Assembly: GCA_964448075.1 (NCBI GenBank)
Contig: CAYUUR010000001.1
Span: 1,785 to 65,784, forward strand
Length of the DNA stretch: 64,000 bases
Direction of reading: 5' to 3'
Origin: an uncultured Candidatus Saccharibacteria bacterium
GTDB taxonomy: Bacteria > Patescibacteriota > Saccharimonadia > Saccharimonadales > CAYUUR01
The position numbers and the translations under genes are program-made. This document shows positions 26,394-34,515 of this stretch, piece by piece. Each line of letters begins with the position of its first letter. Within the stretch, counting starts at the first letter, position 1. Under the pieces are notes generated by a model that did no database searches, had not been told where the DNA came from, and saw nothing but the letters and a program-made list of their open reading frames with translations.

Positions 26394-27962
26394 TTAGGGG
26401 AGTAGCTCAGTTGGTAGAGCACCGGTCTCCAAAACCGGGTGTCGCAGGTTCAAGTCCTGTCTCCCCTGCCATATAGAACTTTCAGTAAGTTTCAGCACAG
26501 TTGCAAACGGTTCGTTAGGTGTAAAACGGACCGTTTTGCCTTTCAGTGAGAGGTTCGATAGCACAATACTGATAATCTGCCGCTTTTCTTCATCGTTAGC
26601 AACTTCAAAGATTTTATCGCCGTGTTTGAATAGCTGTAACAGATACGAAGCTGTCGCATAGAAGTTTTGATCTGCGTCTTCTAGCCGTGCTAATTGACCG
26701 TCTATCCTTGCTATTTCTTGGTCGTACCGACCTTTGTTTTCGTTATAATCATCGGGAGTAATACTACCGCTAGTCATTGCATCAAAGGCAACACGAATAC
26801 GGTGCTTGTAGTCATCACGGTCAGTCCGTAGCTTTTTGAGCATATCGTCTTGGAAGCGGTTTTCGGCTTCGTGTGATGACTTTACTTCTGTTTCAAGACG
26901 AGCAATTTCATCGGCAGGTATGTTCTTGAAGGCTTTGAACACTGCCATAAACTGGGCGGTCAAATCAACTTGGGTTACATAAGTAATCTTCTTGTGTTTT
27001 TTTCGGGCATTGGTGCAATGATAGAAATGGTAGCTATGCTCATTTCCGTTCTTCTGTTTCTTTTCACGATATTCAGTCGTTACCGCACAGCCACAGTCTG
27101 CACAGGTTATCAGACCACGATAGATAAACGGTATGCCAATAAATCGCCGTTTACCTAGTCGGTTACCGTCTAGCACATCCTGGACCATTTCAAACAGCTC
27201 ACGACTGACGAGCTGTTGGTAAGTGTGTACATATTCTTTACCGCCACCTTTCTTATCAACGATTATACCGATATAAAACTTATCACGCAGTATGTCGTGA
27301 ACACGGCTTTTTGACAGATTAACCTTCAATTCTTCGGCTATCTTGCGGCGTAGACTTTCGCAAGAATACGCACCAGTCGCAAATAGCGTGAACATACGCT
27401 TAACTACTTCGCTGTTAAAAGCATCGGGCTGAACCGATTTTTGTCGTGTGCCTATGGTTACATTGTTGTAGCCGTATGGAGCACCCCACGGCAGTTCGCC
27501 CCGTTCTAGCTTGGATAGTTTGGTGTTCATACCATCTTCTTTGATGCGTTCAAGCTGCGACTTGGCAAACATTACTTTAAAGTCCCATTGGATAATTTCA
27601 TTTGATCGGCTTTCTTGCGACAACACAAGCCTATCATCAATAAAGTGCAGCTTTACTTTGTGTTTGGTGCGAAGCTCATCAATCAATACGCTGTCACGAA
27701 AGTTGCGTGTTATACGGTCTACCCGAAACGAAACAATATCTGTTACCTTGTTTTTCTTAGCAAAACTAACCATTTCCTGAAACTTATTGCGAGCCTTGTA
27801 CTCACTGCCAGTTTCACTAATTTTGAAAGTTTTGATGACATTCAAGCCGTTGGTTTTGGCGTATTCTTTTGCACGGGGTAGCTGTATTTCTTCTAGCGAC
27901 AAACCTTCTGTTTCTTGCCGCTTGGTGGATACACGGGCAAAAATGATGGTCTTGTTGCTCAT
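26394..27962 (-). CDS. large serine recombinase (integrase)
   Basis: 522 aa; resolvase catalytic domain (IIFARVSTKRQ, VDRITRN), recombinase domain, Cys-rich zinc ribbon (CADCGC...YHCTN), long coiled-coil region. The last 25 codons are antisense to tRNA-Trp. Confidence 0.88.
   Translation of the reverse strand: MSNKTIIFARVSTKRQETEGLSLEEIQLPRAKEYAKTNGLNVIKTFKISETGSEYKARNKFQEMVSFAKKNKVTDIVSFRVDRITRNFRDSVLIDELRTKHKVKLHFIDDRLVLSQESRSNEIIQWDFKVMFAKSQLERIKEDGMNTKLSKLERGELPWGAPYGYNNVTIGTRQKSVQPDAFNSEVVKRMFTLFATGAYSCESLRRKIAEELKVNLSKSRVHDILRDKFYIGIIVDKKGGGKEYVHTYQQLVSRELFEMVQDVLDGNRLGKRRFIGIPFIYRGLITCADCGCAVTTEYREKKQKNGNEHSYHFYHCTNARKKHKKITYVTQVDLTAQFMAVFKAFKNIPADEIARLETEVKSSHEAENRFQDDMLKKLRTDRDDYKHRIRVAFDAMTSGSITPDDYNENKGRYDQEIARIDGQLARLEDADQNFYATASYLLQLFKHGDKIFEVANDEEKRQIISIVLSNLSLKGKTVRFTPNEPFATVLKLTESSIWQGRQDLNLRHPVLETGALPTELLP
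26396..26471 (+). tRNA. tRNA-Trp (anticodon CCA), CCA end encoded
   Basis: Hand-folded cloverleaf: acceptor AGGGGAG/CTCCCCT, D arm GCTC/GAGC, anticodon arm CCGGT-CTCCAAA-ACCGG, T arm GCAGG-TTCAAGT-CCTGT, discriminator G, CCA. Confidence 0.9.
26450..26469 (+). repeat. attL core (TCAAGTCCTGTCTCCCCTGC)
   Basis: Identical 20-mer at 32983-33002; flanking bases differ on both sides. Confidence 0.85.
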
Positions 27963-28147
27963 ATATCAACCTTGCTGTCTTCTATCAGCTTATGAACATC
28001 ATCTATCTTGAAAAGGTACGACTTACCGACTTTGTAGGCGGTAATCTTGCCTGATTTTATCCATCTATAAATGGTTATTTTGCTAACTTGGAGCAATTCG
28101 CAAACATCTTCAATCTTGTAGAATTTGCTATCTTTCATACTTATCAT
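27959..28147 (-). CDS. excisionase-type helix-turn-helix DNA-binding protein
   Basis: 62 aa; YKIEDVCELLQVSKITIYRWIKSGKI resembles the Xis/AlpA (HTH_17) family; 4-nt overlap with the recombinase start. Confidence 0.6.
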   Translation of the reverse strand: MISMKDSKFYKIEDVCELLQVSKITIYRWIKSGKITAYKVGKSYLFKIDDVHKLIEDSKVDI

Positions 28148-28163
28148 TATATATCATTCCTTA

Positions 28164-29321
28164 TCACTTATCTAAATATCTTTGTAACTTTACAGGCTCA
28201 AACTTTTGTAACTGGCTTTCTATAATGTCAAAGCTGGCAATTTTTCGTCTAGCGAAGTTTAGGCTGTTTATCTTCTTGTTCAGGTTATACCATTGTTGGC
28301 TAGTGAAGTTACCGATATTACGGACATCACGGCTTCCTGTGGTTTCAAGCAATGTCTTATACGCAACAGCTTCCATAATCGTACCTATTTGCGTTCGTGG
28401 ATTTTGTATTGATAACTCAGTCAATAGTGCAGGTGCGGTTTTATCAGTCAGCGAGATAGCTGGATAGGTTTCACGCAGTTTGGTTATTTCGTACCGCAAC
28501 ATCTTCTTGGCGGTGGTTTCGTTGAACAGATCACGGAAAGTTAAACTATCAGTCTGTAAACCTGCATCTTTGAACGACTTTTTGATCTGTGGTCTACCAA
28601 TGTACCGTGCTTCAACACGCACCATTTCAAACGGACTGGCAAGCGGTTTTTCATCAAATAGTGATAGCTGGCAGTAATAGTCTTTTTCTAGCAAGCCTTT
28701 TTCGGTAACTTTAGACTTTGTGTGTTCTTTTAGCTTGTCATAGATACACAAGCCCCACTTACTGCTGTAAAAGTGCATTGCTTCGCCGTTGTTGATGTAC
28801 TTTTGCCCGTCACTTTTCTTGCGTGTCGTATAGTTGCATTTTTCTAAGTCGGTTATGATGGCGTGAGCAGTTGAATAGTCGGTCAGCGTTATGTTTTTAG
28901 AATAGTGTATGGTGCTGACCATTGCGTCTTTAAGCGTGTTCGGACCAGTAACTACCACGCCGATATTGTGTAGTTTGCGTTGTAGCTGGACGCACAGGTA
29001 ATCAAAATCGCTTTGCGTTATTTCATTAAAATTGTCGTTATGAACGACCTTTTGTGCAGAAAACTCAATGTTGAGAGTGATGGGTACGCCACCACGGCGT
29101 ACTGCCTTAATAAGCGTCAGGCGGGGTATATAGTTGCCGTCAGCCTTTTCTTTGGCGGTTGGGTTGCGTTCTACCAAAAAAGCCTTCTTTGTGCCGAACT
29201 GAACAAATGGCGGTCTAAAGAAATTGGTTACATCTGTCGCAAACTGTTTGTAGCAACCTTCCATCAGCTCAAAGTCTTTACGCCATTCTAGCGTTATTAC
29301 TACTGTATCTACCATTTTCAT
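28164..29321 (-). CDS. putative rolling-circle replication initiator (Rep_trans / phage gpII-like)
   Basis: 385 aa. N-terminal MVDTVVITLEW and the motif GLCIYDKLKEH resemble the xRIYDKxxE box I recall from this family. From memory only. Confidence 0.35.
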   Translation of the reverse strand: MKMVDTVVITLEWRKDFELMEGCYKQFATDVTNFFRPPFVQFGTKKAFLVERNPTAKEKADGNYIPRLTLIKAVRRGGVPITLNIEFSAQKVVHNDNFNEITQSDFDYLCVQLQRKLHNIGVVVTGPNTLKDAMVSTIHYSKNITLTDYSTAHAIITDLEKCNYTTRKKSDGQKYINNGEAMHFYSSKWGLCIYDKLKEHTKSKVTEKGLLEKDYYCQLSLFDEKPLASPFEMVRVEARYIGRPQIKKSFKDAGLQTDSLTFRDLFNETTAKKMLRYEITKLRETYPAISLTDKTAPALLTELSIQNPRTQIGTIMEAVAYKTLLETTGSRDVRNIGNFTSQQWYNLNKKINSLNFARRKIASFDIIESQLQKFEPVKLQRYLDK

Positions 29322-29583
29322 TGCTCACTACTTCTTCAAACTTTATTGCTACTGCTTCTTCTATGGCTAAGCCCACCTGTTTGTTGATGGGATAGTACAC
29401 ATCAATGTCCTTGCCAATCATCTTGCGTGTTGGGTACACAAGCCTATAACCGCCATTCGGTCTGGTAAACACACCGACTGAACCGCAGTAGATGGCTTCG
29501 TACAGCACAAAGCTGGCAAAGCCAACCAAGCCGTTATTGGCTTTGACTGGCACTATCTGCACTTCGCTGATCGCTTTCATCAT
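29278..29583 (-). CDS. SpoVG-like nucleic-acid-binding protein
   Basis: 101 aa; aligns by eye with B. subtilis SpoVG (VxxVxx...G..GFASFVL...VYPTRK...YYPIN vs AIASITL...AMPSKR...THPIN). Confidence 0.55.
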   Translation of the reverse strand: MMKAISEVQIVPVKANNGLVGFASFVLYEAIYCGSVGVFTRPNGGYRLVYPTRKMIGKDIDVYYPINKQVGLAIEEAVAIKFEEVVSNENGRYSSNNARMA

Positions 29584-29713
29584 CTACATCGCCTTCCTGT
29601 AATTTTTCAATTACTTTTTCCCGTTGATCTATCTTGATCAGCAATTTAGTCAGCAAAAGCATAGGGTCGGGATTGGCGACCTGTTCGTCTTGTTTCTTTG
29701 GTTGCTTGATCAT
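29534..29713 (-). CDS. possible 59-aa protein
   Basis: Own translation MIKQPKKQDEQVANPDPMLLLTKLLIKIDQREKVIEKLQEGDVDDES...; overlaps the SpoVG-like start by 50 nt; below ORF-track cutoff. Confidence 0.25.
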   Translation of the reverse strand: MIKQPKKQDEQVANPDPMLLLTKLLIKIDQREKVIEKLQEGDVDDESDQRSADSASQSQ

Positions 29714-29743
29714 ACCCCGATGGTATGAAAAAGCTATTTAGCC

Positions 29744-30565
29744 TTATTTTGGCTGTTTTTTGGGCGGAGCAATATATTTTGGGTTAAGCCGAACTGATTT
29801 TGTAGTGAGTTTGAATAAATCAGGTATATCTGTGTATTTTTCTACACGGGCATTTATCTTCTTGATAGCGTCATACACCTTATTCCAGTCAGTCGGCTTT
29901 TGTAAGTCAGGTAAATAGTCGTATAGGCTGTCCCAGGCTTGCTGCAAGTCTTTAAGCTGCCAAAGTTCGTGCGGCTTTTCAAATATCAGCTTGCAGATAG
30001 CTGGTTGATATTCTGCATTCTTCTTAAAGCGTATGGCTTCGTCAGCGAAGAATATGGTGCGTTTGTCGGCATCGTAGCTGGCTGGTTCGGTGGTAGTAGA
30101 TTTGGCTGGTAATATGTGTTCACTACTTTCTTCATAGTCAAAAATGATACGCCGAAGTTCAGCTACACGGTCACTAAAATCATCAAGTATATCTTCTAGT
30201 TTCTGCTCATTTTTGGTCAGTTCGTTTATTGATAAATGCCTAGCACCTACCGTATGAGGGTCGCTGAATTGCATTTTATAGCGTGTCTTGCCAATCCTAT
30301 CCAGCACAGCTTCAACATCCTTTATCCAACCTTCTACGAACTGCTGGGCTGCCCGTAAAACTTCTATAGTTTTTTCGTGTTCTGGTTCTGGTTCAGGGTA
30401 TCCAAATGTAGGAATACCAAACGGACCAGTCTTTACTATCTGTGGCGTGGACATTATATGAGGCATTCTGGTTGGCACTAGGGACGCATTTAACTTGCTA
30501 AAGTCATTGCTAACCTTATTACCTTCTTCATACAGTTTTACCAGTTCAGCTACATCGTCTTTCAT
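29744..30565 (-). CDS. hypothetical protein (273 aa), element-encoded
   Basis: Long ORF in the element backbone; C-terminal third might be a winged-helix domain (guess). Confidence 0.5.
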   Translation of the reverse strand: MKDDVAELVKLYEEGNKVSNDFSKLNASLVPTRMPHIMSTPQIVKTGPFGIPTFGYPEPEPEHEKTIEVLRAAQQFVEGWIKDVEAVLDRIGKTRYKMQFSDPHTVGARHLSINELTKNEQKLEDILDDFSDRVAELRRIIFDYEESSEHILPAKSTTTEPASYDADKRTIFFADEAIRFKKNAEYQPAICKLIFEKPHELWQLKDLQQAWDSLYDYLPDLQKPTDWNKVYDAIKKINARVEKYTDIPDLFKLTTKSVRLNPKYIAPPKKQPK

Positions 30566-30654
30566 ACACCTTCAAATCCTGCTTTTATTATACAAAATGA
30601 TGATTGCGTTTGATAACGATTGATAAGTTATTCGTGGTAAGATTGTAAGAAGTT

Positions 30655-31605
30655 ATGTCATTAAAATCACCACAAAATAGCTTAAAGAATGCCTACGGTA
30701 CATTTTTGTTCAAAGACGGTGGTTACCTTCCAGGCATACTGCTAATAGCCCATAAGCTTCGTGAGCTTAGCGATGGGGATACTAAGCTTATATGTCTTCA
30801 CACAAACGATGTTGAGCAGTCTGTACTTGAAGCCATTGCCACAATTTATGATGAAGTGCAGTCTGTTGAACATCTTAGATTTGGTCAAAATCGGGTCGGT
30901 AGGCAAACGCCTTTGCCATTTATGTTCACCCGCTTTCGTTTTTTGCAGCTCAAACATATAGATAAGGTTTTGGTTTTTGACGCAGATATGCTGCCACTGG
31001 CTGACTATGATGGTCTATTTGAGTTGGACGCACCAGCAGGTGTAATCAATGAGAGTAAAGAAAATATGAAGGGTGACAATCATACCGCCGAAAAGTTAGA
31101 TAAATGGGAATGGCATAAGAAATATGAGCCACTGTACGGACACGGCAAGCTGTTGCCAAAAGATATGACTGATAAACCAATCTTACAGCCTGAACAAAAT
31201 ATGGGTATAAATGGTGGTCTAATGCTATTGCAGCCATCGGAAGCTGACTTTGAAGCTTTTTCTAGCTGGTGTAAACAGCCCGACAATCAGGCTGCCATTG
31301 AGAAAATGCCTTGGCCTGATATGCAAGCAGTCACGGCTTTTTATTCTGGGAAATGGATAAATATAGACGCAAAGTATTTGGGTTTATATGGTTATCCAAA
31401 CATATCATCGTTAAATGGTATTCATTTCATAGGACCAAAGCCTTGGCAATGGCGAGCCAAAGGTTTTGCATATCGCTTAAATAACTATCCTGACTATAAG
31501 CTATGGGCAGATGAGTATTTGAAGATGTGTGAACAGCGACCCGAATTACTTAAATACAAGCAGCTTGCAAACTTGAAGCAGCAAATAGAAGCTGAAATTA
31601 AATAG
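30655..31605 (+). CDS. glycosyltransferase family 8 (glycogenin/LgtC-like), element cargo
   Basis: 316 aa; N-terminal AYGTFLF..GYLPG, DxD motif VFDADML, GT8-like C-terminal region. Confidence 0.65.
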   Translation: MSLKSPQNSLKNAYGTFLFKDGGYLPGILLIAHKLRELSDGDTKLICLHTNDVEQSVLEAIATIYDEVQSVEHLRFGQNRVGRQTPLPFMFTRFRFLQLKHIDKVLVFDADMLPLADYDGLFELDAPAGVINESKENMKGDNHTAEKLDKWEWHKKYEPLYGHGKLLPKDMTDKPILQPEQNMGINGGLMLLQPSEADFEAFSSWCKQPDNQAAIEKMPWPDMQAVTAFYSGKWINIDAKYLGLYGYPNISSLNGIHFIGPKPWQWRAKGFAYRLNNYPDYKLWADEYLKMCEQRPELLKYKQLANLKQQIEAEIK

Positions 31606-31695
31606 TAAAAAACGCTTGGTATTTTTACAGCCGTAAAAATTCGGCATTGATACGGCGGAGTACCTACAACAGATATAAAGGGTGACCACCCCCCC

Positions 31696-32646
31696 CTAGG
31701 TTACTTCTTTCGGTACTCCTTCATAAAAAGGTAGTAAATCTTCCAAATACTCTTTACGGGTGGCATAGGCATAGTCTTTAGACCACCGAACAAGCAGTAG
31801 GTTACTTTGAACTATCATTTCGTCATCTGTTATTGCGTGTCTTTTTTGTTTCTTACCAGATTTTATTGGGTCTATAAGCTCAATAAGTATTTCGGGTGTT
31901 AGGGCAAGATAGTGCCTTCTTTGGGCGATGTGATTGCTGTACATCTTTTCAACCATCGTTTTGCCAGTTTTGTTGAACACTTCAACCACTGGTGTATCAG
32001 TGGTTATGAATTTTTTTGAGCCTTTGGCTAAATAAAACCGCCATTTCTTTATCGAAAACCATCTGTAAAACTCTTCGCATTTGGCAATAAGTTGTAAATG
32101 ATTAACGTTGTTATCAAAATCTAGTTCGTATTCGCCACTTTCAAGGGTCTTTCTAGCGTCTTCAATCTGTTCATCAGTTACCTTATACCCTTTTTCTGCC
32201 AAAGCTTCTTTAGCACCATCTGTAAAGTTCGGGTGCGAAGCCATTAGCGTAGTCATTTGCTTCATACCATCAGCCATAGTCTTGTTCACCTGTCTTCGCA
32301 TATGTGGACTTCTAATCCATAAAGAAGCCATAAACCACGCCAGAATATCTAGCTGATGGTCAGTTAGTAGTCTGTAACTCCATATTGCATCAACTATATT
32401 GTTATATTCTTTGGCAAACTTATCTTCAATTTCACCGAAGAATTGTTCAAACACTTGGCTGGTTTCATCTTCTTTGCCAGTTTCAACAGCGTAATAGAAG
32501 TCGGCATAACAAACACCACTATACGGCTGTGCCTTTATGATTTCCCCTTTTTTAATATCTAAAGTCTGTAACATATTATCAACTGCAAATCGCTTGAAGT
32601 AAAAACGGGGTGCGAAATGTTGCTTCTTAGTGATCTGTTTTGTCAT
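31696..32646 (-). CDS. DUF4238-like protein, element cargo
   Basis: 316 aa; N-terminal KKQHFAPRFYFKRFA resembles the H-x-x-P-x-F-Y-L-x-x-F start I associate with DUF4238 (from memory). Confidence 0.45.
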   Translation of the reverse strand: MTKQITKKQHFAPRFYFKRFAVDNMLQTLDIKKGEIIKAQPYSGVCYADFYYAVETGKEDETSQVFEQFFGEIEDKFAKEYNNIVDAIWSYRLLTDHQLDILAWFMASLWIRSPHMRRQVNKTMADGMKQMTTLMASHPNFTDGAKEALAEKGYKVTDEQIEDARKTLESGEYELDFDNNVNHLQLIAKCEEFYRWFSIKKWRFYLAKGSKKFITTDTPVVEVFNKTGKTMVEKMYSNHIAQRRHYLALTPEILIELIDPIKSGKKQKRHAITDDEMIVQSNLLLVRWSKDYAYATRKEYLEDLLPFYEGVPKEVT

Positions 32647-32780
32647 ACTGCTATTTTACAGCCGCATAAGTCATAAGCACAGGTGTATAGCCGTGTCGGT
32701 CTAGTATTGGTTTAAGTATTTCGGATATAATTTCAAAAGGCAGTTCGGGGTTACATATTGCGTCCTTTAGGGGCTGCCAA

Positions 32781-32812
32781 AATAAAAGGATCCCGTCTGG
32801 GGTCCTTTTATT
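32781..32812. other. 14-bp perfect/G-U hairpin (terminator- or ssDNA-origin-like) near the right end of the element
   Basis: AATAAAAGGATCCC-GTCT-GGGGTCCTTTTATT; A/T runs on both sides. Confidence 0.5.
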
Positions 32813-32982
32813 TTGTTGGTGAGCCAAGACTCGGTTCTGCGTCGTAGATTTTGCTTTAGCAAAAGATACTTGTCGCTGGTGCATTCGTGAAGTGCTGCGC
32901 ACAGAAACTTGTTTCGAGCACAGCACAATACGGCCACGGGCTGACTGTCTCCTGGAAATAGGGACAATTGCCAGCGCACTAG

Positions 32983-33002
32983 TCAAGTCCTGTCTCCCCT
33001 GC
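32983..33002 (+). repeat. attR core (TCAAGTCCTGTCTCCCCTGC), partial tRNA-Trp 3' end
   Basis: Identical to 26450-26469; followed by TT instead of CA. Confidence 0.85.
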
Positions 33003-33031
33003 TTCGCAAAATCCTGTTAAACTAAAAAACA

Positions 33032-33592
33032 ATGAATCAACTCCCAACATTTATAACTGGAAATCAGAACAAGGCTGATTACCTTTCTAGGCAGCTTGGA
33101 TTTGACCTTGATCATCAAAAAATTGAGCTTGATGAACTCCAGTCAACAGACTTGCATGTGATTGTTGAGCACAAGTTACGTCAGGCTTATGAAGTTTGCG
33201 TAAAGCCCGTGCTTGTCGAAGATGTAAGTCTTGTTTTTAATGCACTCAATGACTTACCAGGACCGTATATCAGATGGTTCGTTGATCACGCCGGCGATGA
33301 AGCCTGCTGTCGGATGCTTGATGGTTTTGATGACCGTAGTGCAGTTATTCGCTGCACGTTTGGTTATTATGATGGAGACGCTATAGAGTTCTTCGATAGT
33401 GAGCTGCCTGGTACGATATCCGACACACCCCGTGGGAGTAATGGTTTCGGGTTTGATAGGTTCTTTATAAACGAAGGTTACACAATAACGCGTGCTGAAA
33501 TGACACAAGAAGAAAACGAACGAACCTACGCAGAACTAATGAAGCCATTTGCGCAAGTGCGTAGTTTTCTGCAATCACAAAGTAACGAGTAA
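33032..33592 (+). CDS. rdgB: non-canonical purine NTP pyrophosphatase (RdgB/HAM1 family)
   Basis: 186 aa; FITGNQNK start and C-terminal GFGFD motif. Confidence 0.8.
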   Translation: MNQLPTFITGNQNKADYLSRQLGFDLDHQKIELDELQSTDLHVIVEHKLRQAYEVCVKPVLVEDVSLVFNALNDLPGPYIRWFVDHAGDEACCRMLDGFDDRSAVIRCTFGYYDGDAIEFFDSELPGTISDTPRGSNGFGFDRFFINEGYTITRAEMTQEENERTYAELMKPFAQVRSFLQSQSNE

Positions 33593-33597
33593 ATAGC

Positions 33598-33630
33598 AAA
33601 AGCCCGCAGAGTAAATCTACGGGCTTTGTT
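33598..33630. terminator. bidirectional terminator between rdgB and rpf
   Basis: 8-bp stem AAAGCCCG/CGGGCTTT between convergent genes. Confidence 0.6.
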
Positions 33631-33649
33631 TACGTCTTTAGCATAGACG

Positions 33650-34285
33650 CTATCTCAAACCGAGTTTTGCGCTACATGCTGGCCAGTGACCCCAGCCGCC
33701 GCTACCTTTAAGCATTTCAGCGCGACGGATTTGCTCTGCCTTGCTTGCTTGGTGTGGATAGCCGCTGCCGCCAACTCCGCGCCAACTACTCAAGCTAAAC
33801 TGCAGGCCTCCGTAGTAACCGTTGCCAGTGTTAATTGACCAGTTACCGCCTGATTCACAGGCAGCGAGCCTATCCCACGCACTTCCAGTGCTCGCAGTAA
33901 CTTTTGGCGCAACATAAGCTTTGCGTGGTGTATTGCGAACAGTTGTTTTTGGTGACTGTACTGGCGTTGATGCTGGAACAACTGCATCACTCGGCAATTC
34001 TCGCCGTTTAAGTTTTTCCGACTTACTTGGAATGCGGATTTTGTCACCTGGATAGATGAGATCCGGGTGCTTTATCTTTTTGTTAGCGTAGAACAGTCGT
34101 TCGTATGTTGAACGATGTTTTTTGGCGATAATCGATAAGCTATCGCCTGGCTTAACCGTAACAACCTTTTTGGTTTCTACGGGCTTTGGTTTCTGATTTG
34201 ATTCCTGTGCATGCACAGATGAGCCGCTGGACGTCAAGATAATTGCGCCCAAAAACAGACCCACTATTGTTGCGATTACTCGCAT
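33650..34285 (-). CDS. secreted LysM + Rpf (resuscitation-promoting factor-like transglycosylase) protein
   Basis: Start set at ATG 34283-34285 (SD AGGGAGG; signal/TM MRVIATIVGLFLGAIIL). LysM (VKPGDSLSIIAKK...YPGDKIRIP) and Rpf domain (WDRLAACESGGNWSINTGNGYYGGLQF). Confidence 0.85.
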   Translation of the reverse strand: MRVIATIVGLFLGAIILTSSGSSVHAQESNQKPKPVETKKVVTVKPGDSLSIIAKKHRSTYERLFYANKKIKHPDLIYPGDKIRIPSKSEKLKRRELPSDAVVPASTPVQSPKTTVRNTPRKAYVAPKVTASTGSAWDRLAACESGGNWSINTGNGYYGGLQFSLSSWRGVGGSGYPHQASKAEQIRRAEMLKGSGGWGHWPACSAKLGLR

Positions 34286-34464
34286 AGTAGCCTCCCTTAT
34301 ACCCTGTTGTAATGTACCCTTATTGCTATTTAAAAGTTTCGCAGCCGACGCCGCGTGGGTCATTTAGGTAAGTATCTTTTCCACCTCACGAGTAAAAAAG
34401 ACACAATGACTAGCCTACTACACCCACATGTAGTGTCAAGCCCCTTACGCCTAACCATATAACT

Positions 34465-34494
34465 AAAAAGCTCCATAACAGATGTCATGGAGCT
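34465..34494 (-). terminator. intrinsic terminator after rpmG
   Basis: Stem AGCTCCAT/ATGGAGCT followed by U5 on the minus strand. Confidence 0.65.
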
Positions 34495-34515
34495 TTATGC
34501 GCAGTAATGTAATAT

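Larger units (their letters stand above)
26450..33002. mobile_element. integrative element (~6.5 kb) inserted in the 3' end of tRNA-Trp
   Basis: Perfect 20-bp direct repeat at both ends. Carries a serine recombinase, Xis-HTH, Rep-like and SpoVG-like genes, GT8 and DUF4238-like cargo. Confidence 0.8.

Noticed and set aside
31689-31696. C8 homopolymer next to the DUF4238-like gene as a phase-variation switch
   Set aside because: The tract lies at or after the stop codon (TAG followed by G-run on the coding strand), not inside the coding region or between promoter hexamers.
32651-32986. 111-aa ORF as an independent gene
   Set aside because: Its start is a TTG inside the attR core. It has no SD, is low-complexity for about 60 codons and crosses a 14-bp hairpin. 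Not called as a stand-alone CDS. It is discussed only as a possible in-frame continuation of the recombinase in the excised form.
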